A DNA stretch of 59,832 nucleotides, filler included, from Jimgerdemannia flammicorona (taxonomy: Eukaryota): the NCBI GenBank assembly GCA_003990765.1. It is 3 parts of 3 records of this genome, joined end to end, with 100 filler letters (N's around TTAATTAATTAA, not from the genome) between each part and the next. Parts side by side here need not be neighbours in the genome. Positions count along the whole stretch, not along the records: positions 19,979 to 39,855 come from RBNJ01001817.1; 2 more parts are not named here. The stretch is one strand, 5' to 3'. The notes below the pieces were generated by a model. The model was not told where the DNA came from, searched no databases, and was given only the letters and a program-made list of their open reading frames with translations. Of the stretch, positions 23,667 through 36,999 are shown in pieces (within the stretch, counting starts at the first letter, position 1; each line of letters starts with the position of its first letter). A program made the translations under genes and the position numbers.

Positions 23667-26600
23667 TTACAGATCCTCCTCGTCCCCCAAAAACCCTTTA
23701 TCTCCAGCAGCAGCAGCAGTATCTCGGCGGTCAGATTTCTCGCTCAAACGACTCAAAGACATGATAAGTTTCTCAATGTACACCTCGGCAAACGATGACA
23801 TATAGAACTGTAAAGGGTGAGGGAGGGGAGGAGAGGGAGATGTGTATATAAATGAAATGCTCACCGCGTGGTCATATGACGGATGAATAAAAGAAAAAAG
23901 CTCACCTCATGCTCGGAATTATGCTCAGCTGCGATTTAATGTGCAAGAAAGAAAAATGGAAGCGGTTAGAAACGGTACAAATCCATCAGTAGAAGTTGAT
24001 AGAGTGGTATCGCTATACTCACAAACAAAATTATGCGCCAGCTCATGGCACGCCGTGAAGAACCAGTAGATCAGTGACTCCCGTCTTTTCCCCACCGATT
24101 CTCCGTCATGCAGTGCCAGATAGTACCGTAGGTTGAAAAATAGCGACCCATTCCTATTAAACGCGATCGTGGGACCCTCGTGATCGTAGAAAACGTGGAT
24201 CGCCGCGATGTTGAGGTCAAACACGCCCACAAGCGCGCGAATGACGAGGACGAACCTGCTGAGAGCGTCACCGTACTTAGTAAGGATGTCGTCCGGGTTG
24301 ATGCCCTGGTGAAGGTAGAACTCCAAGCCCCTGGCGCGGCCTACGTAAGTCAGATTCTGGCCGGGCTTGATATCGCAATATCCTTGCCGCGATTCCGTTA
24401 CGGTCTTGACCTCAGGTCGCGAGAACACATCCGACTGCGAGTTTGGGCGGCAGGACGCGATCGCGCGCTGCAGGTTCTCGCGCACGTTGTTGGTGAAGTT
24501 GGGTGAAATGGTTTCGACGGGGCGGGGAAGCTTGGGACCGGCGGGCTCGGGCGGCGGGATGGGGGCGATGGGCTTGTTCTCTTGGTCCAATTGCCCGGCG
24601 TTGGCATAATCGGGGAGGCCCCAGGAGGACAGAGTCTTTGAAAACCTACTGAACAAATTGTTCGTGGGAGCGACCGGCGGCTTCGCGACGTCGATCGGGT
24701 TGTGCTCGGGACCGACCTCTGATGGCTGATTTACGACGCCGCCAAATGAGCCCGGAGGTTGCGCCCTCGGATACTTGTTGTCCAGCAGCTTGTTGCTAAC
24801 TCGCTGTATGTGGTCTTGCTTCTCCTGGATCACGAGCTGCCGGATGTATTGTGGGTCGGCGTCAGGGAAGAGCGCTTGGATGTGCCTCACATGCTCGTTT
24901 ATTGCACTCTGCGAGGTAGAGGCGGGTCTTTGCAGGGCCGAGGAAGCGGCAACCACCGTCGGGAACTGGTTGGCCTCCGACGGGAGCGACACCACCTTCT
25001 CGGGGATTTTCTTGATATTTAAAATGCGGTCAACGGGCACGCCCTTGCGTCTTAGGTTGTTGAGGGTGGCAGTGAGGTAGCGCTCGAAAACGATCGCGTC
25101 GTTGAAGCGCGTGCGTGAGAATAGAAGACGGCAGAGGGCGTTGGCCACGTCATAGTAATCCAGCTCCCCAATAGCCGTGATATAAATGAGGCACTTGTTG
25201 ACGTCGACACACGCCGTCGTCGATTGCACGTTCTTCTGGCCAGTGTAGGCGAATGTACGGTTGATCTTGATTTCTCTGGTTTGGAGGACCTGTTGCAACA
25301 CAATTGCACGGATTTTAAATCACATGTTGCAAACATAACCAATACTCACAATGCCCACTACCTACACCAATCGTACCAAAAAGGTCTTTGTACAAACATA
25401 CCTTCAAATTCTTCTTGAGCCACTTCTCATCCTTTACCAGCTCGTTCTTACGTTGGGGGTTATCGTGCAACATCTGGTAGATGATAATGGGCGTACGCTC
25501 TTCGACCAGCTTGTGGATGTCCTTAGAACGGTCGGTCACGTTCGGTGTGCCATCGTACGTGTAGTTTTCCTTGATCTGGCTATTGTTAAATAAATAAATA
25601 AATAATCCATTTTGTTAGCCAATCACATAACAAAGAATGCCTCCCCCCTCCCCCTCCCAAAAAAAAAAAAGCGATAATAACGACACTCACGAAGACAACC
25701 GCGCTGCCCCCAAATTCTCATAAAACTCCTCCAACAACGGCTCCATGGGCGCCGACAACGGCGAAAATATTTGGTGTCCCATCGTATCATCGGCGATGAA
25801 GATATCCTTGGCCTTCGCGAGCCTGTACTGCACAATCTCCTCGTCCTCACGGTGTCCCTCATTAACTTCGTCCTTGGAGTCCTTCTCCTTAACGTCTGGG
25901 CCCTCGTCGATCCCGCCGGATTTCTTTATTCCAATCAAGAATGGGCTGCTCATCATCTCGTTCAATAGCGTGCGTTGCTGCTTGATCTGATAGTAATGCC
26001 CGGCAATCTGGCGCAGCACGCCCAAATACCGCTCGCCGCCGCCACTGAGCTGCCAGTACCGTTGCGGGTCGCGGACGATCATCTGCGCAAGTTCAATGGT
26101 CGTGGGCTCGTCCTTGACGCCACAGGAGCGGAGAAACCCGTTGGCCACAGCACCATAGTCGACGTACGTGAAGAGTTCCTTGAGGAAGCTCGCCTTGTCG
26201 GACTCGAAGTAACAAGATGTCGGTTCCACAAGGATGGTCTTGACGGTGGCAGCTGAGGGACGGGTGGCGTCGCCAGCGACAGCCGCCGCCGCCTTGTCCG
26301 CGACGGGAAGGAATTTTTGTATCCGCAAGTTGTTCCAGTCCGGCGTGGAGAAATCACCTTGTCGCGAGGCGAGGTACTCAAAGATGGCCTTCGCCTTCTC
26401 ATGGTCCCTGGGCGGGTTGGCGAGAAGACGCTGCATGAGCTTCTGGCGCGGAGGGTTTTCGGCGACACCGAACTTATTAGCATTAGGCTTGAGCTCCGGG
26501 TGGAGGATGTTGAAGCCGAGGATGGCGCAAGCCGAATTCGTGAAGCAGTCCATCGGAGTTGTGAGAGTCTTGCCATCCGTGGTGGGGAGGAAGGCGACCG

Positions 26601-29600
26601 ACACCTTGGAACCGTCGTAACTGGACTCGTAGGCCTGCTTGAAATGCTCGATGAAATAAGTGATGGCCTTCGCACGGAGTTGTTTGTCGGATGTGTGAGC
26701 GGCGAGAGCCAACAGAGTGTCAAGAGGTGGATGGCTACGGAGACCGAGAGACAGGAGGTATTTGGCTATGATTTTTGATCAATAAACAAGGCATCTCAAA
26801 ATTACTTTACTATCAAGTACCTCCAACATAGTCCAAAATCTCTACTTCACCCACTCGCCCAAAAAAAAAAAAAAAAACAAAAAAAAAAAAAAAAAAAAAC
26901 CGTACCTTCATCCGATTGACCCCTCCACTTCCCCGCCGGCCACTCGATGGCAGATAAGCCGAGGCCCCTTAAAATGTCGCTAGGAACGTACAGATCCGCA
27001 GCCCTATACCGCATAATGTGGGGCTTCTGACCACCGCCAGGTAGATCGCGCATGACGACGGCCTCGCCCTCTTTCGGGAACATGGGGGTTTCCTTGAGGC
27101 GGGCCTGCTCGGTGCTGCTGAGCGTCAATTGGATGGACGTGAGGTATTTGACGAGGTCGACATGGGACCAAGAACCGTCGGCGACGAGGCGGTCGAAGAC
27201 GAGCTGGAGCTCGACGTGCTGTTATGGGGTTGTTGTTTATGTGTGTCCAAAGGAACTAATTTCATCAAATTGAGCCATTGACTTCATGGCTTATAATCCC
27301 CACTGTACTTTAAGCCAACCCACTCCCACTTTTCATACTTTATCCAAAATTCCAACGCAACGCAACCTACCTTCCTGACACCCAACCCTGTCAACAGCTT
27401 CTCGCTAACCCCCCTTGGGTTCTCCAAAAGTACAACGGGCAGATCATCAAACAGCTTGACAGAATTGAAGTACGCGTCCTTCGGAATCTTCATGCCATGC
27501 TTCGTGGGAACACACGCAACCTTGGCGAAAATGGCGAAAATGGACGTCTGCTCCGGAAGAGAGACATTGACGAGGGCGCGCGAGACCACCCCCAGGATCT
27601 TCTCGGCGAAAGTGGCGGAGGTGGCGAGGTCCGCGTGCGTGGAAATGAAGCGTGACCAGTCAAGGAGCGTGAGCTCGCGCCAATTGCTATTGTTATTTAA
27701 GGGAGGAAGGTGGGGAATAGGATTAGGTGAAAAGAAATTTTCAACTCGAACGACGGCTGACAATTTCAACCTGCATACCTGAAACACTTCATTAATGCCG
27801 CCAAATTCAATCCCTTCGTCATTTCATACGGCAACACCTCCCTCGGCACGGGTACATCACTCGGCACAACCTTCGGGTTCAGCCACCATTTCACGGTCGA
27901 CAAGGGCAACGTCTTTCCATCCGGCAACGCGACGATAGCGAGCTGTAGTAGCCTGATCCTATTTTTATCCTCGGCGACGACGGGGTTCCTCGTGTACTCG
28001 TCGCACCACCACTTAAGTAGGGCCGTCATTTCTTGGACATCGAGTGGTCGTGCCTCCAACTCACGGAAGACATCGTCGAGGCCCAGCCGCTTGAGCGTCC
28101 CGGCGGCCTCCAGCGCGCCTATGGCCACTTCGCACTGCTTGACGAGGTCAACGGGGATGGTCGGGATAGTCTTGACAAAGGGGTCCATGTCCGGATCCGG
28201 TAGCCGGGCGTCGATGACCCGATGAACCCCGTGGGTCGTGATAATGTTAGGGGAGACCTTGGACATATTGGAAAAGTAAGTCTTCTGGTGTCGGCCGACA
28301 ATTGGGCTCGGGGTGCTCGGGTGGAACGTGAAGGAAAGGAGGGCATGGGTAGCGCGACGCTCGAGCCAGACATGGACGGATTCCGCGCTATTCTGCATCT
28401 CTGCCTTGAGCTTCACCTTATCGACGATGGTCTGGATGCCGATAAGCTCGCAGAAGAGCTTACCGATCTGCTCGAGTTCGTCCTCGTAGACAACACGGCA
28501 GAGTAGACCACCCATGGCAAGGAGCTCCTGGTTCCAAACGCCGATGTAACGATCGACAAAGTCGATGGACTCGCGCTCGACGGTCGGGATGAAGCGCGTG
28601 GCCATGTGAGAGCTACAGCCCGTGGTCTGATGGGTAGGGAAGCCAATAAAGACGCGTCCTTGCTGCGGGAAGGGAATGAGGTCGCGGAAGATTGCGTTCT
28701 GCTTCTCCGACGCGTCGAGTTCTTCTCGTCCCGTGAAAACGAGGGCGAAAGTCGTCTTGCTGGGTGGTTTCTTCTTCGTAGATCGCTCCATCTCGCGCTC
28801 GAAATCGCGTGACACACGGACGTCCATGTTGCCCGTGACGATGCGAAGGAAGATGGTAGCCTTGTCCATGGGTAGGGCATCGCCGTCCTGGAGCTTCGGG
28901 CGGGTGAGGAGAGTGTTGACGACGGTGGGTAGAATGTACTTCTCGGCGTCGAGCTGAACTTGGCGTATGTCGACAGAGCGGAGAGTGAACATTTTTTGAG
29001 GAGAGGTGGTGTTCATAATGGTGGGGTCGAGCTTCATTGGCCGCTGCTCGGCCATTCTTTTGGAGAGATGGAAGAGACGGTGCGTATTGAAAAAGACCGA
29101 GATTTCGCGCAGGTTGGCTGTAAAACCCTAGAACAACGAGGAATTAATTGTGAAAATTGATGGTTTAATAAGAGCGGGTTCGTGAGCCTCATCTGTGCTC
29201 GACCGTACATTAGGGAAATTTTCATCCCATATCATCATAGTATTCACGCCCTATATTCCCAATCCCGAACCCCTCCAAATATATATATATATATATATAT
29301 ATCTGCACTCACCAATGACGTGGCCAAGAACCTCGTGAAGTTGTCCAGATTGGGCATCTCGGCTGATTCGCGCAAGTCCATGACGAAAGTGGTCCATTCG
29401 TCCTGGCTCTCAGTCGGAATATCGGCGCGCTTAGCGAACAGCTGATCACCCTTGAAATAGAAGCCCATGCACTGGGTCCCCGACGAGACGCTGCATATTT
29501 TATGGGGAGTGTTGTTGTGTCAATGTGATATTTGGTTGATACCGGGAACAAGGAAGGGGTTCGAGAAGGGAATGGATGCTGGGCAATGGGGCAAACGAAA

Positions 29601-30301
29601 GAAACTTACAATGGGTCTTCGCATATGGAGAATAATGAATAGAAACCAACACCAAAGGCCCCGATCTTTTGCTCGTCTGCAGTAGCCCAATAGTACGGCG
29701 ATCAAAATAAAGCCACCATCAATTTTTGACGGAAATCAGCAACGATATTCATGCATACGTACCTGGGTTTCCTTCGGCGATACGTTTCAATCGGTTCCAA
29801 TCCTCGCCACGGAAAGGCATGCCGTTGTTCTTGAAGATGACGCGCTTGCATTTCTCCTTGAGGTTTGGGACCTTAGCCGCAGCGGCGGCGGCGGGGTTGT
29901 CATTCGTGGTGAGGGTTTCGAAGATTATCTGAACGGATTTCGACGTTGCATCATCTGGGCGTGTTTTGGAAGGGTGAGTGAGGGTTGCGAATTTAGTGTA
30001 ATCTCGGATAGTGAATGAGCTTCGTCAACGAGCCATGTTGGTGGCAAAAGAGTAGATAAGCACATTACCTGCATTCTGCATGAGCTCCCGGTACACGACG
30101 TACTCTGCCGAGTATCTTGCCAGGATCTTGTCGATCAAATGCCTCTGGTTTACTGGAGTGGCAGAGTTGAAGGTGAGCTCCAAATAGACCCTAGTGGCGA
30201 AATCTCGTGGATGGTGTGCAATTACCTTCGACCTTCTCCTCTACGCCAGCGTTTGACATGATGTCTCCGCGAAGTTTGTCTAGGGTTTTGTTCGTAGCCA
30301 T
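23667..30301 (-). CDS. Large conserved fungal protein: sacsin-like GHKL ATPase, DUF3684-type region, CUE-like domain and C-terminal HExxH (multi-exon)
   Basis: Spliced start MATNKTLDK...VEVNQRHLIDKILARYSAEYVVYRELMQNADDA, then NNGMPFRGEDWNRLKRIAEGNPDEQKIGAFGVGFYS (GHKL motifs), FIGFPTHQTTG, LFPDADPQYIRQL and CHELAHNFV. Long exons 27766-29055, 25687-26712 and 23925-25301. Confidence 0.9.
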
Positions 30302-30449
30302 GCTGTGTATACTGTGTATAATGTACAATGAATGCAGTCAAACCAAGGATGAGAGAGAGAGGAATAGTATTTAAGTGTGTGGCTTTTAGCAGTCCATTTC
30401 ATGGACGGGGCTTAAGTCGTTTGTCCAGCTGACAATTTTCATTCGCGAA

Positions 30450-30556
30450 AATTCCAGCACAACGCGTAATTAACACTCATTCGAGAGCCGTCACTGTCAT
30501 TGGCTCATACATATGGCTTATAGCGCCGTGGAGTTTACACGTAATAATTCAGAATA
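30450..30556 (+). repeat. Short dispersed repeat, copy 1
   Basis: Core tatggcttatagcgccgtggagtttac(a/g)cgta(a/g)taattcagaat is shared with 30835-30946 and, inverted, with 34476-34595. Confidence 0.85.
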
Positions 30557-30834
30557 AGTCTTATATTACTAAAAAGTCATCAAAAGATTTAGCTATCAGA
30601 ATAAATCAAACAGATATTGCTTTTGAACAACTGTTGCAATCTATAATTATTGATTGGCAACTCACCATCTGTAATATGATCAGCTTTACTTTGGTCTGAT
30701 AAATTGGACTGTTGAGTGGCCAAGCAACGGTATCCATAAAACGGGCTGGGTAGAAACATGCTATCTGATTTTTTTTTTTTTTTTTTTGAAATTAGAATAT
30801 ATACCCTCATGGCTTTACACTTCCCCTTGGGTCA

Positions 30835-30946
30835 TCCAAACCATTCCAACAACATTCATTCGAGATTGTCTGAACGTGTACATACGTACATACGTATATA
30901 TGGCTTATAGCGCCGTGGAGTTTACGCGTAGTAATTCAGAATCAGA
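30835..30946 (+). repeat. Short dispersed repeat, copy 2
   Basis: Same core as copy 1. Confidence 0.85.
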
Positions 30947-31005
30947 GACCCCACAAGATTATACTTGATAAACCGAAGTAATGAACTAAAGGGCTACTCC
31001 ATCGC

Positions 31006-32079
31006 TCATCGCCGCTCCAACGTCGCTGCCACTCTCAGCAGGGTCCTCTCATCGCCATATTGCGCCATCAACTGCAGCCCTATGGGGTACCCGTCTAATG
31101 GCGACGCGCCGAATGGAACCACGATGGCTGGAATCCCGGCCAGACTCGCCGGGACAGTCATGACGTCGCCAACGTAAGCATCCACAGGGTTCTTGGCGTT
31201 GGAGGTCTCATCGGCGGAAGGAAAGCAGTCTTGCAGCTTGGGCGCCGTTGAGATCGCGGCGGGGGTCAGGAGGACATGAACACCCGAGCTGGTGTCAGTG
31301 GGTAATGGGTGGTGGTGCACAGGGTTTGGGAAGAGAAAGACATGGTCGAAGTCTTCTTGGACGAGGCGGCGAACCTTTTGAGCTTGGAGGAAGTAGTTTT
31401 TGTAGGATCTGTGGCGGGGGCAATTGGATGAGTTAGTTGTGCAGGATTCGATGGTAATATCCGCAGGTAGTTAGTATTGAAAATGTTGAGACATGATTAA
31501 TACCCACCCAGCCGTTAACACATATGTGCCGAGGATGATGCGGCGTCGTACTTCAGGGCCGAATCCCTCTGTTCTTGTGTCTGCGTACGGCAACGTGTCG
31601 TTTTTAAAGCTTCCCTTGTCGCTTCTATGGCCTGGATTTTGGATTCGAGAATATCATAATGCATTAGCATATTGAACCTGAGTGTATAATGGTATTTGCG
31701 AAACTCGACAACGGCCTCACATCTACCGCAAATCAAGCGCCATTCCTATTCTTGGTCACAACACGCTCAAGCTCCCCGTTCTCCCCCTCCTACTCACCGT
31801 ATCTCAAACCATCAAACCTCGCCAAATTCGAGCTGGCTTCGGCCGAAGCCAAGACGTAGTACGCCGAGAGCGCATGGCGCGTGTTGGGCATGGAGACGGG
31901 GACGATGGTTGCGCCGCGGTCGCGGAGGTGAGCGATGCCGTCGCGCCAGAGTTGGACGATGGCGGGGGCGAGCTCGGAGACGAAGTATTCCTGTTGCGGA
32001 TAAAAAGAATATGTGTCATCGCGGAAAGTGTTGGTGAGAAAGGGAACCGGAGAATCGAAATTGGAAAGGAAATAAATCA

Positions 32080-32127
<48 letters not shown>

Positions 32128-33828
32128 AGCTTGCTGGTGGTGCACTGGTACCTGTGGGATGCCGATACGAAGACCCGTCAGGTCTTCTAGATCGCCCGTG
32201 ATGGATTCGAACCCGGGGGTTATTGCGTCCACATGTTTCCTTATATCGATCGGCATGGAGGTTGGGTCGCGATCATCGTGTTCGGAGATGATGTCTATAC
32301 CAACGGATTATTATAAAAAAAAGGTCAGGATCGCATTGGGTTCAGTCAAAATGGGGAAAATCCCGATGTCCATTCCCATACACACCGTATACAATCTCGG
32401 CGTCACGCACCGTTCGTGCCAGCAACCCGACAGTGTCGAGTGAATTTGCATATGCGATAAGGCCCCAGCGCGAACACCTGCCGTAGGACGGTTTGAACCC
32501 GACTATGCCGCAGTAAGAGGCCGGGAGGCGGACGGAGCCGCCCGTGTCGGATCCGAGGGCTCTATTGAGATTTCAAGATGCAGTTAAATTCGCGAGATGA
32601 GAAGAGAGAGAGATAATGGACGAATAACGACGTTCGAGTACCCGGTGATATACGGCCGACAAAGAAAGAGGATCGAGGAAGCCGACCAAATTGAAGTCGG
32701 CACACGACCATTATTTGGATTACACACGCAGACCAATTAGTTCGCGTCCTCCATCCCTCCAATCAATCTTTCCATCTACACATGTTTCCCATTCACCACT
32801 GCGGATGATGGTACCCACGAGCCACGTGTACTTTCGGACATATATCACCAAAGAAATTTATCAACTTACGCGAAACACATCCCGGATGCAACCGCCGCTG
32901 CGCTGCCACCGGAACTTCCGCCAGCCACCCTGCGCTCTGAAGGGGAACCTAAACCTTGCCCCTTTCCTAGATCATGTGGGTTGTATACCGGCCCAAAGGT
33001 GCTATAGATGTTTGCCGAACTGAGGCGAGAGGAAATATGATGAGCTCAAATCAACGAGAATAAATGACAAGTGATGTTCGTGAAGATGCGATAATCAGTG
33101 CTGTCGAATAGCTTACCCCATTCCGAATTCGTCCAGATTTGTCTTGCCCATCACGACCGCACGGGCTTTCCTGAGGAGGTGGACGACGGTCGCATCGTAT
33201 GGTGATGTGAAATCTTGCACGTAAGTAAATGTGACGCGAGAAGTAGATTGATGTAAAATTCTTATTTATGTGGCAGTGAGATATTTTTCGGCACGCGCTA
33301 GAGTAATATCTATCCATAGGAATCTCACCTTTGAGAATGGCAGATCCGCACGACGAGCTGATCCGCGTCGTACAAAAGTTGTCTTTCACCGCGACTGGCA
33401 CTCCATCTAGACTTGACAGTTGATTTCCTAAAGAAAGGAGAAAGAAAGTGTCTGTTACCTGCACGCTTATTGTATTACCAAAATATATCGGCGATGAAAA
33501 TCACCCACCATTTTGCCATCGTCTGTCAGACTCTGTCGACGCGGCCACCAAGGTGTCGTCGTTGTACATACTAACAAAAGCATTAACGTGTTGGTCGTGC
33601 TCGCGTATCGAGGATTGGCATTGGGATAGCACGGTGGTTGGGGTCGAGGTTTTGTTGGCGAACCGCGCGTTCAGCTGGGGGGAGTGGCGGAATCAGAACG
33701 CGATTTGTCGAGATAATACAATTCGAGCAGGAAAATGTGGATACCTCTGTGATGGATAGACGAGTCAAAGTGGAATAATGGCGAGAGCGAGGAAGCCGCG
33801 CGCGACAGGCGAAAGGGGTGCATGACAT
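31006..33828 (-). CDS. HER2: Mitochondrial glutamyl-tRNA(Gln) amidotransferase subunit A (multi-exon)
   Basis: Arg/Ser-rich presequence [44 protein letters not shown], amidase signature [12 protein letters not shown] and [73 protein letters not shown]. Confidence 0.95.
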
Positions 33829-33917
33829 GGTTGTTCGTTTGGACGCGATAAACGCGATAAGCAGTCGTGTTTCTTGCAAAAGCCACAAGCCACCTGCCTC
33901 ATTTCATCTTGACCAGA

Positions 33918-34355
33918 ATGGCCAACCACAAGCAGCAGGACCCGGACCCACGTTTGGTCGATAAGTACCGCCGTCGTCTCCATTCCCCTGAATCCCTCGC
34001 TCCAAAGCCGCGCTCACGCCAACTGCAAATATTCTCGGTGGCAATAACCCTAGGTATCGCAAAATGGAGACGTTTCTTGCACATTTACCATTCTCTCAGT
34101 CCGCAGTTTCGCTGATAGTAACCACTCTCCAACCCAGCGGCGACGAGCTATGTTGTCTTGTTCGCTGACTTTGGCACGCAAGAACACTGCTTCACTTCGG
34201 TGAGTTTCTCGCCGATGACCATGCCGTATTTCCATTGCGAATCATAACCAAACTCGGAATCATAGGTGCGGGGATGGTACGACAAGAAACGACGACAATT
34301 CTGGACGTTAAGCCCACGCGAGCAACAGGATTTACGGGACCAAGGGAAATTATGA
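33918..34355 (+). CDS. Small (~95 aa) single-pass membrane protein, 3 exons, unknown function
   Basis: Two GT-AG introns splice in frame to MANHKQQDPDPRLVDKYRRRLHSPESLAPKPRSRQLQIFSVAITLAATSYVVLFADFGTQEHCFTSVRGWYDKKRRQFWTLSPREQQDLRDQGKL*. Confidence 0.8.
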
Positions 34356-34475
34356 CATGGAGTACGCAGGTATGTGATGGGGGGGCAATTCCTACGGAGA
34401 TTTCTATGTTAGATTTTTAGTTTGCGAGGGGGACCAATTCTCCAATACTTTATCGATGAGAGACTGTAACCAATA

Positions 34476-34595
34476 TCTGATTTTGAATTACTACGCGTAA
34501 ACTCCACGGCGCTAGAAGCCATATGTACGAACGTACATGTTCAGGCAATGCGCCAATGACAGTGACAGCTCTTTGTTTGGGAATGGTGTTGGGGA
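34476..34595 (-). repeat. Short dispersed repeat, copy 3 (inverted)
   Basis: Reverse complement reads ...gagctgtcactgtcattggc...tatggcttctagcgccgtggagtttacgcgtagtaattcaaaatcaga. Confidence 0.85.
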
Positions 34596-35333
34596 TGGCC
34601 TCTCCTGCTACTAAGGGAAGCGTAAAGCTATGAGTATATATTCTGTGTATCAAAAAAAAAAAATAAACTTTTCAGACAGCACGCTCCATTGGGCCTGCAT
34701 TTGAAGTCATTATCTTGGCCACTTCTCTCAATAGTTCGACTGTGCTGTATAGATTTGCCCACACAGATCATGTATACGAATCGACTACCCTCTCCTGGAG
34801 GGAACCATTTCCGGTACATAATTATGTAATCCAGTGTCGATTTGCACAGATACGATTGATTTCTATGAAGATGTGAAACTCAGAAAGAGGCATTACAATA
34901 GCCTGTTGATGCCGATATTCTCTGAACAGGGATTGAGAAGGTCGTGAGCTCGGTTCCACTCTAAAAAATAATATAATGTTTATTCACTCATCCGCTATAA
35001 GTGACGTCACACATCCTCTTCTAAACCTAATTAGATCGATCCGACCTCCTTCTTTGTCTTTCAAGGACTTTGTTGTCACTTCCGTTCGCCGTGCTTTGGT
35101 AAGGAGGCCTTTCCTTGTTAAAAACAATTCAGCATACACTCCGAAATACCATTGGCCACACCATGCCAAGCATTGCCCAGCCCACCAGCCACACCCGGTG
35201 TAATTAATTACATCGGTGTCTATAAATCCATAAGCAGACCCGTCGACGTCATTTGCTCATTTGATAGATAACGCCCATGGCTTGGTGCCCAACTTGAGTC
35301 TTACAAGGCTTACAACAAACACCACAACAAATA

Positions 35334-36963
35334 ATGGCCTACCGGTTCCTATCCCGTATCTCAAAGGCCCGTGCCGTCCGCAGTGCATGGAACCACCTCA
35401 TCGCCGCAGACGCCGCAAACCACTCTCCTCACCTTGCCAACCATGGCGAAACAGACGCGATCCAGGAGGTCGAACTCGCTGAGGCACTCGACCGTCTCAT
35501 CGCACTATCACACGAAGGTGAGAAGAACACCCCAACAACCACCCCCTCCCGAAACCTTGCAACCAATTCACACCACTTTGTTTTTCGTTGTCGTCGTACC
35601 GTATCCACATCACCGCTACAGACGCAGAATTCCTCGAGCTTATTGCAGTGATGCTCGACACACTGTCGTGCTCCAACCCCATGGCCTCGGCCTTCCTTTG
35701 CCATGTTATCGACATGGCAGCTTTACCGTCAAAAGACACAACGCGCCGGATTACAGAACTAATTTTACACAAGCTGAAGGGTATGCTTTTTTGCTTCGTA
35801 TCTTGAATCCCTATTCGGAGCGATTATTCTGAATTTGTATACTCGGGCAAGATTGTCTCTTTTCTTTCTTTTTATTTTTCTTTTTTGTTTATAATCATTA
35901 TCTGTCCCTCTTCTCGATGACGTCTTCCTGAAAGCATTTATATTCTGACTCACCTTTCTTTTCATTTTTCCAAAAATCCCTGTCCATTTCTCCTTTAGGT
36001 CTCGCTGGCGGGTTATGGGGTACACGGGCGCGCAAGCGCATCCGGCAGAACGCCGCCATCGTCTGGGGCGTGCTGGCGGAGCGGCTGGCTGGCGAGATCA
36101 GCCTCTCGTTATTTCAAGATTCGGTGTGTGACTGCCTACTGCAGAGCCTGCGTGGAGACTCGGATCCGAGCGTGCGCTTGTTCTCGCTTATTGCACTAGA
36201 GAAGTTCGCGTTGACAGGTTGGTTATCTTTGATTTTTGTGTGGGTTGTGGGTCGGGGTTGGATGGTATTGTATTCTGCATTCGTGCCACTATTGTCATCG
36301 ATTTATTGGTCGGGTTACTCGACCGGGGTTTTAACTCGCACCGTGTACTCCACGCAGGCCAGAACAAGCAAAAGATTATGTCCCATCCCCTCAATATCCG
36401 CTATATTATGGCCAACATCATCGCGGACCTGGACTCTCAGCAACATCGTCATAGGAGACGCCAGCAACAAATCCAACAGAAGCCGACCCTCCTTCCTTCG
36501 AGTCCCACCACGCTCCCCCCACTACACGGCCTACACCAGCGCCGGCTCTCCATGCGCCGGTTCTCGCTCCCAAAAGTCCGCGAGAGAAGCCACGAGACCA
36601 GCGACGGAGGAAGCGGACCCACGGAGAGCGATGTCATTCAGGAGAACATCGTCGAAGAGCCCACCGAGCTACGGGTGCATGCCGAGGTTGAGACGGCACG
36701 CAAGCTTGCGGACGGGCACGAGGAGCAGACGGGAGACCATCATGCACGGGCATCCGTGTATGCGGGACTGGTAGGGAGTGTGAAGGCACGTGATGAGCAG
36801 TTCCGGGTACGGCAGTTGAGGTTTTGTACGGAGTGGGCTTTGAAAAATTCCTTCGGTAAGGGATGGGTCCTTTTTTAGATTTTGCGGACGAGTTTGAGGT
36901 GGGGCGGAGTACTGGGATCTGAATACTCTTCGTCGGGATGGCATACCCTAACATACCGTCAAT

Positions 36964-36999
<36 letters not shown>

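Noticed and set aside
24071..29160. Numerous alternative-frame and antisense ORFs within the DUF3684-type gene
   Set aside because: Expected shadows of GC-rich coding exons.
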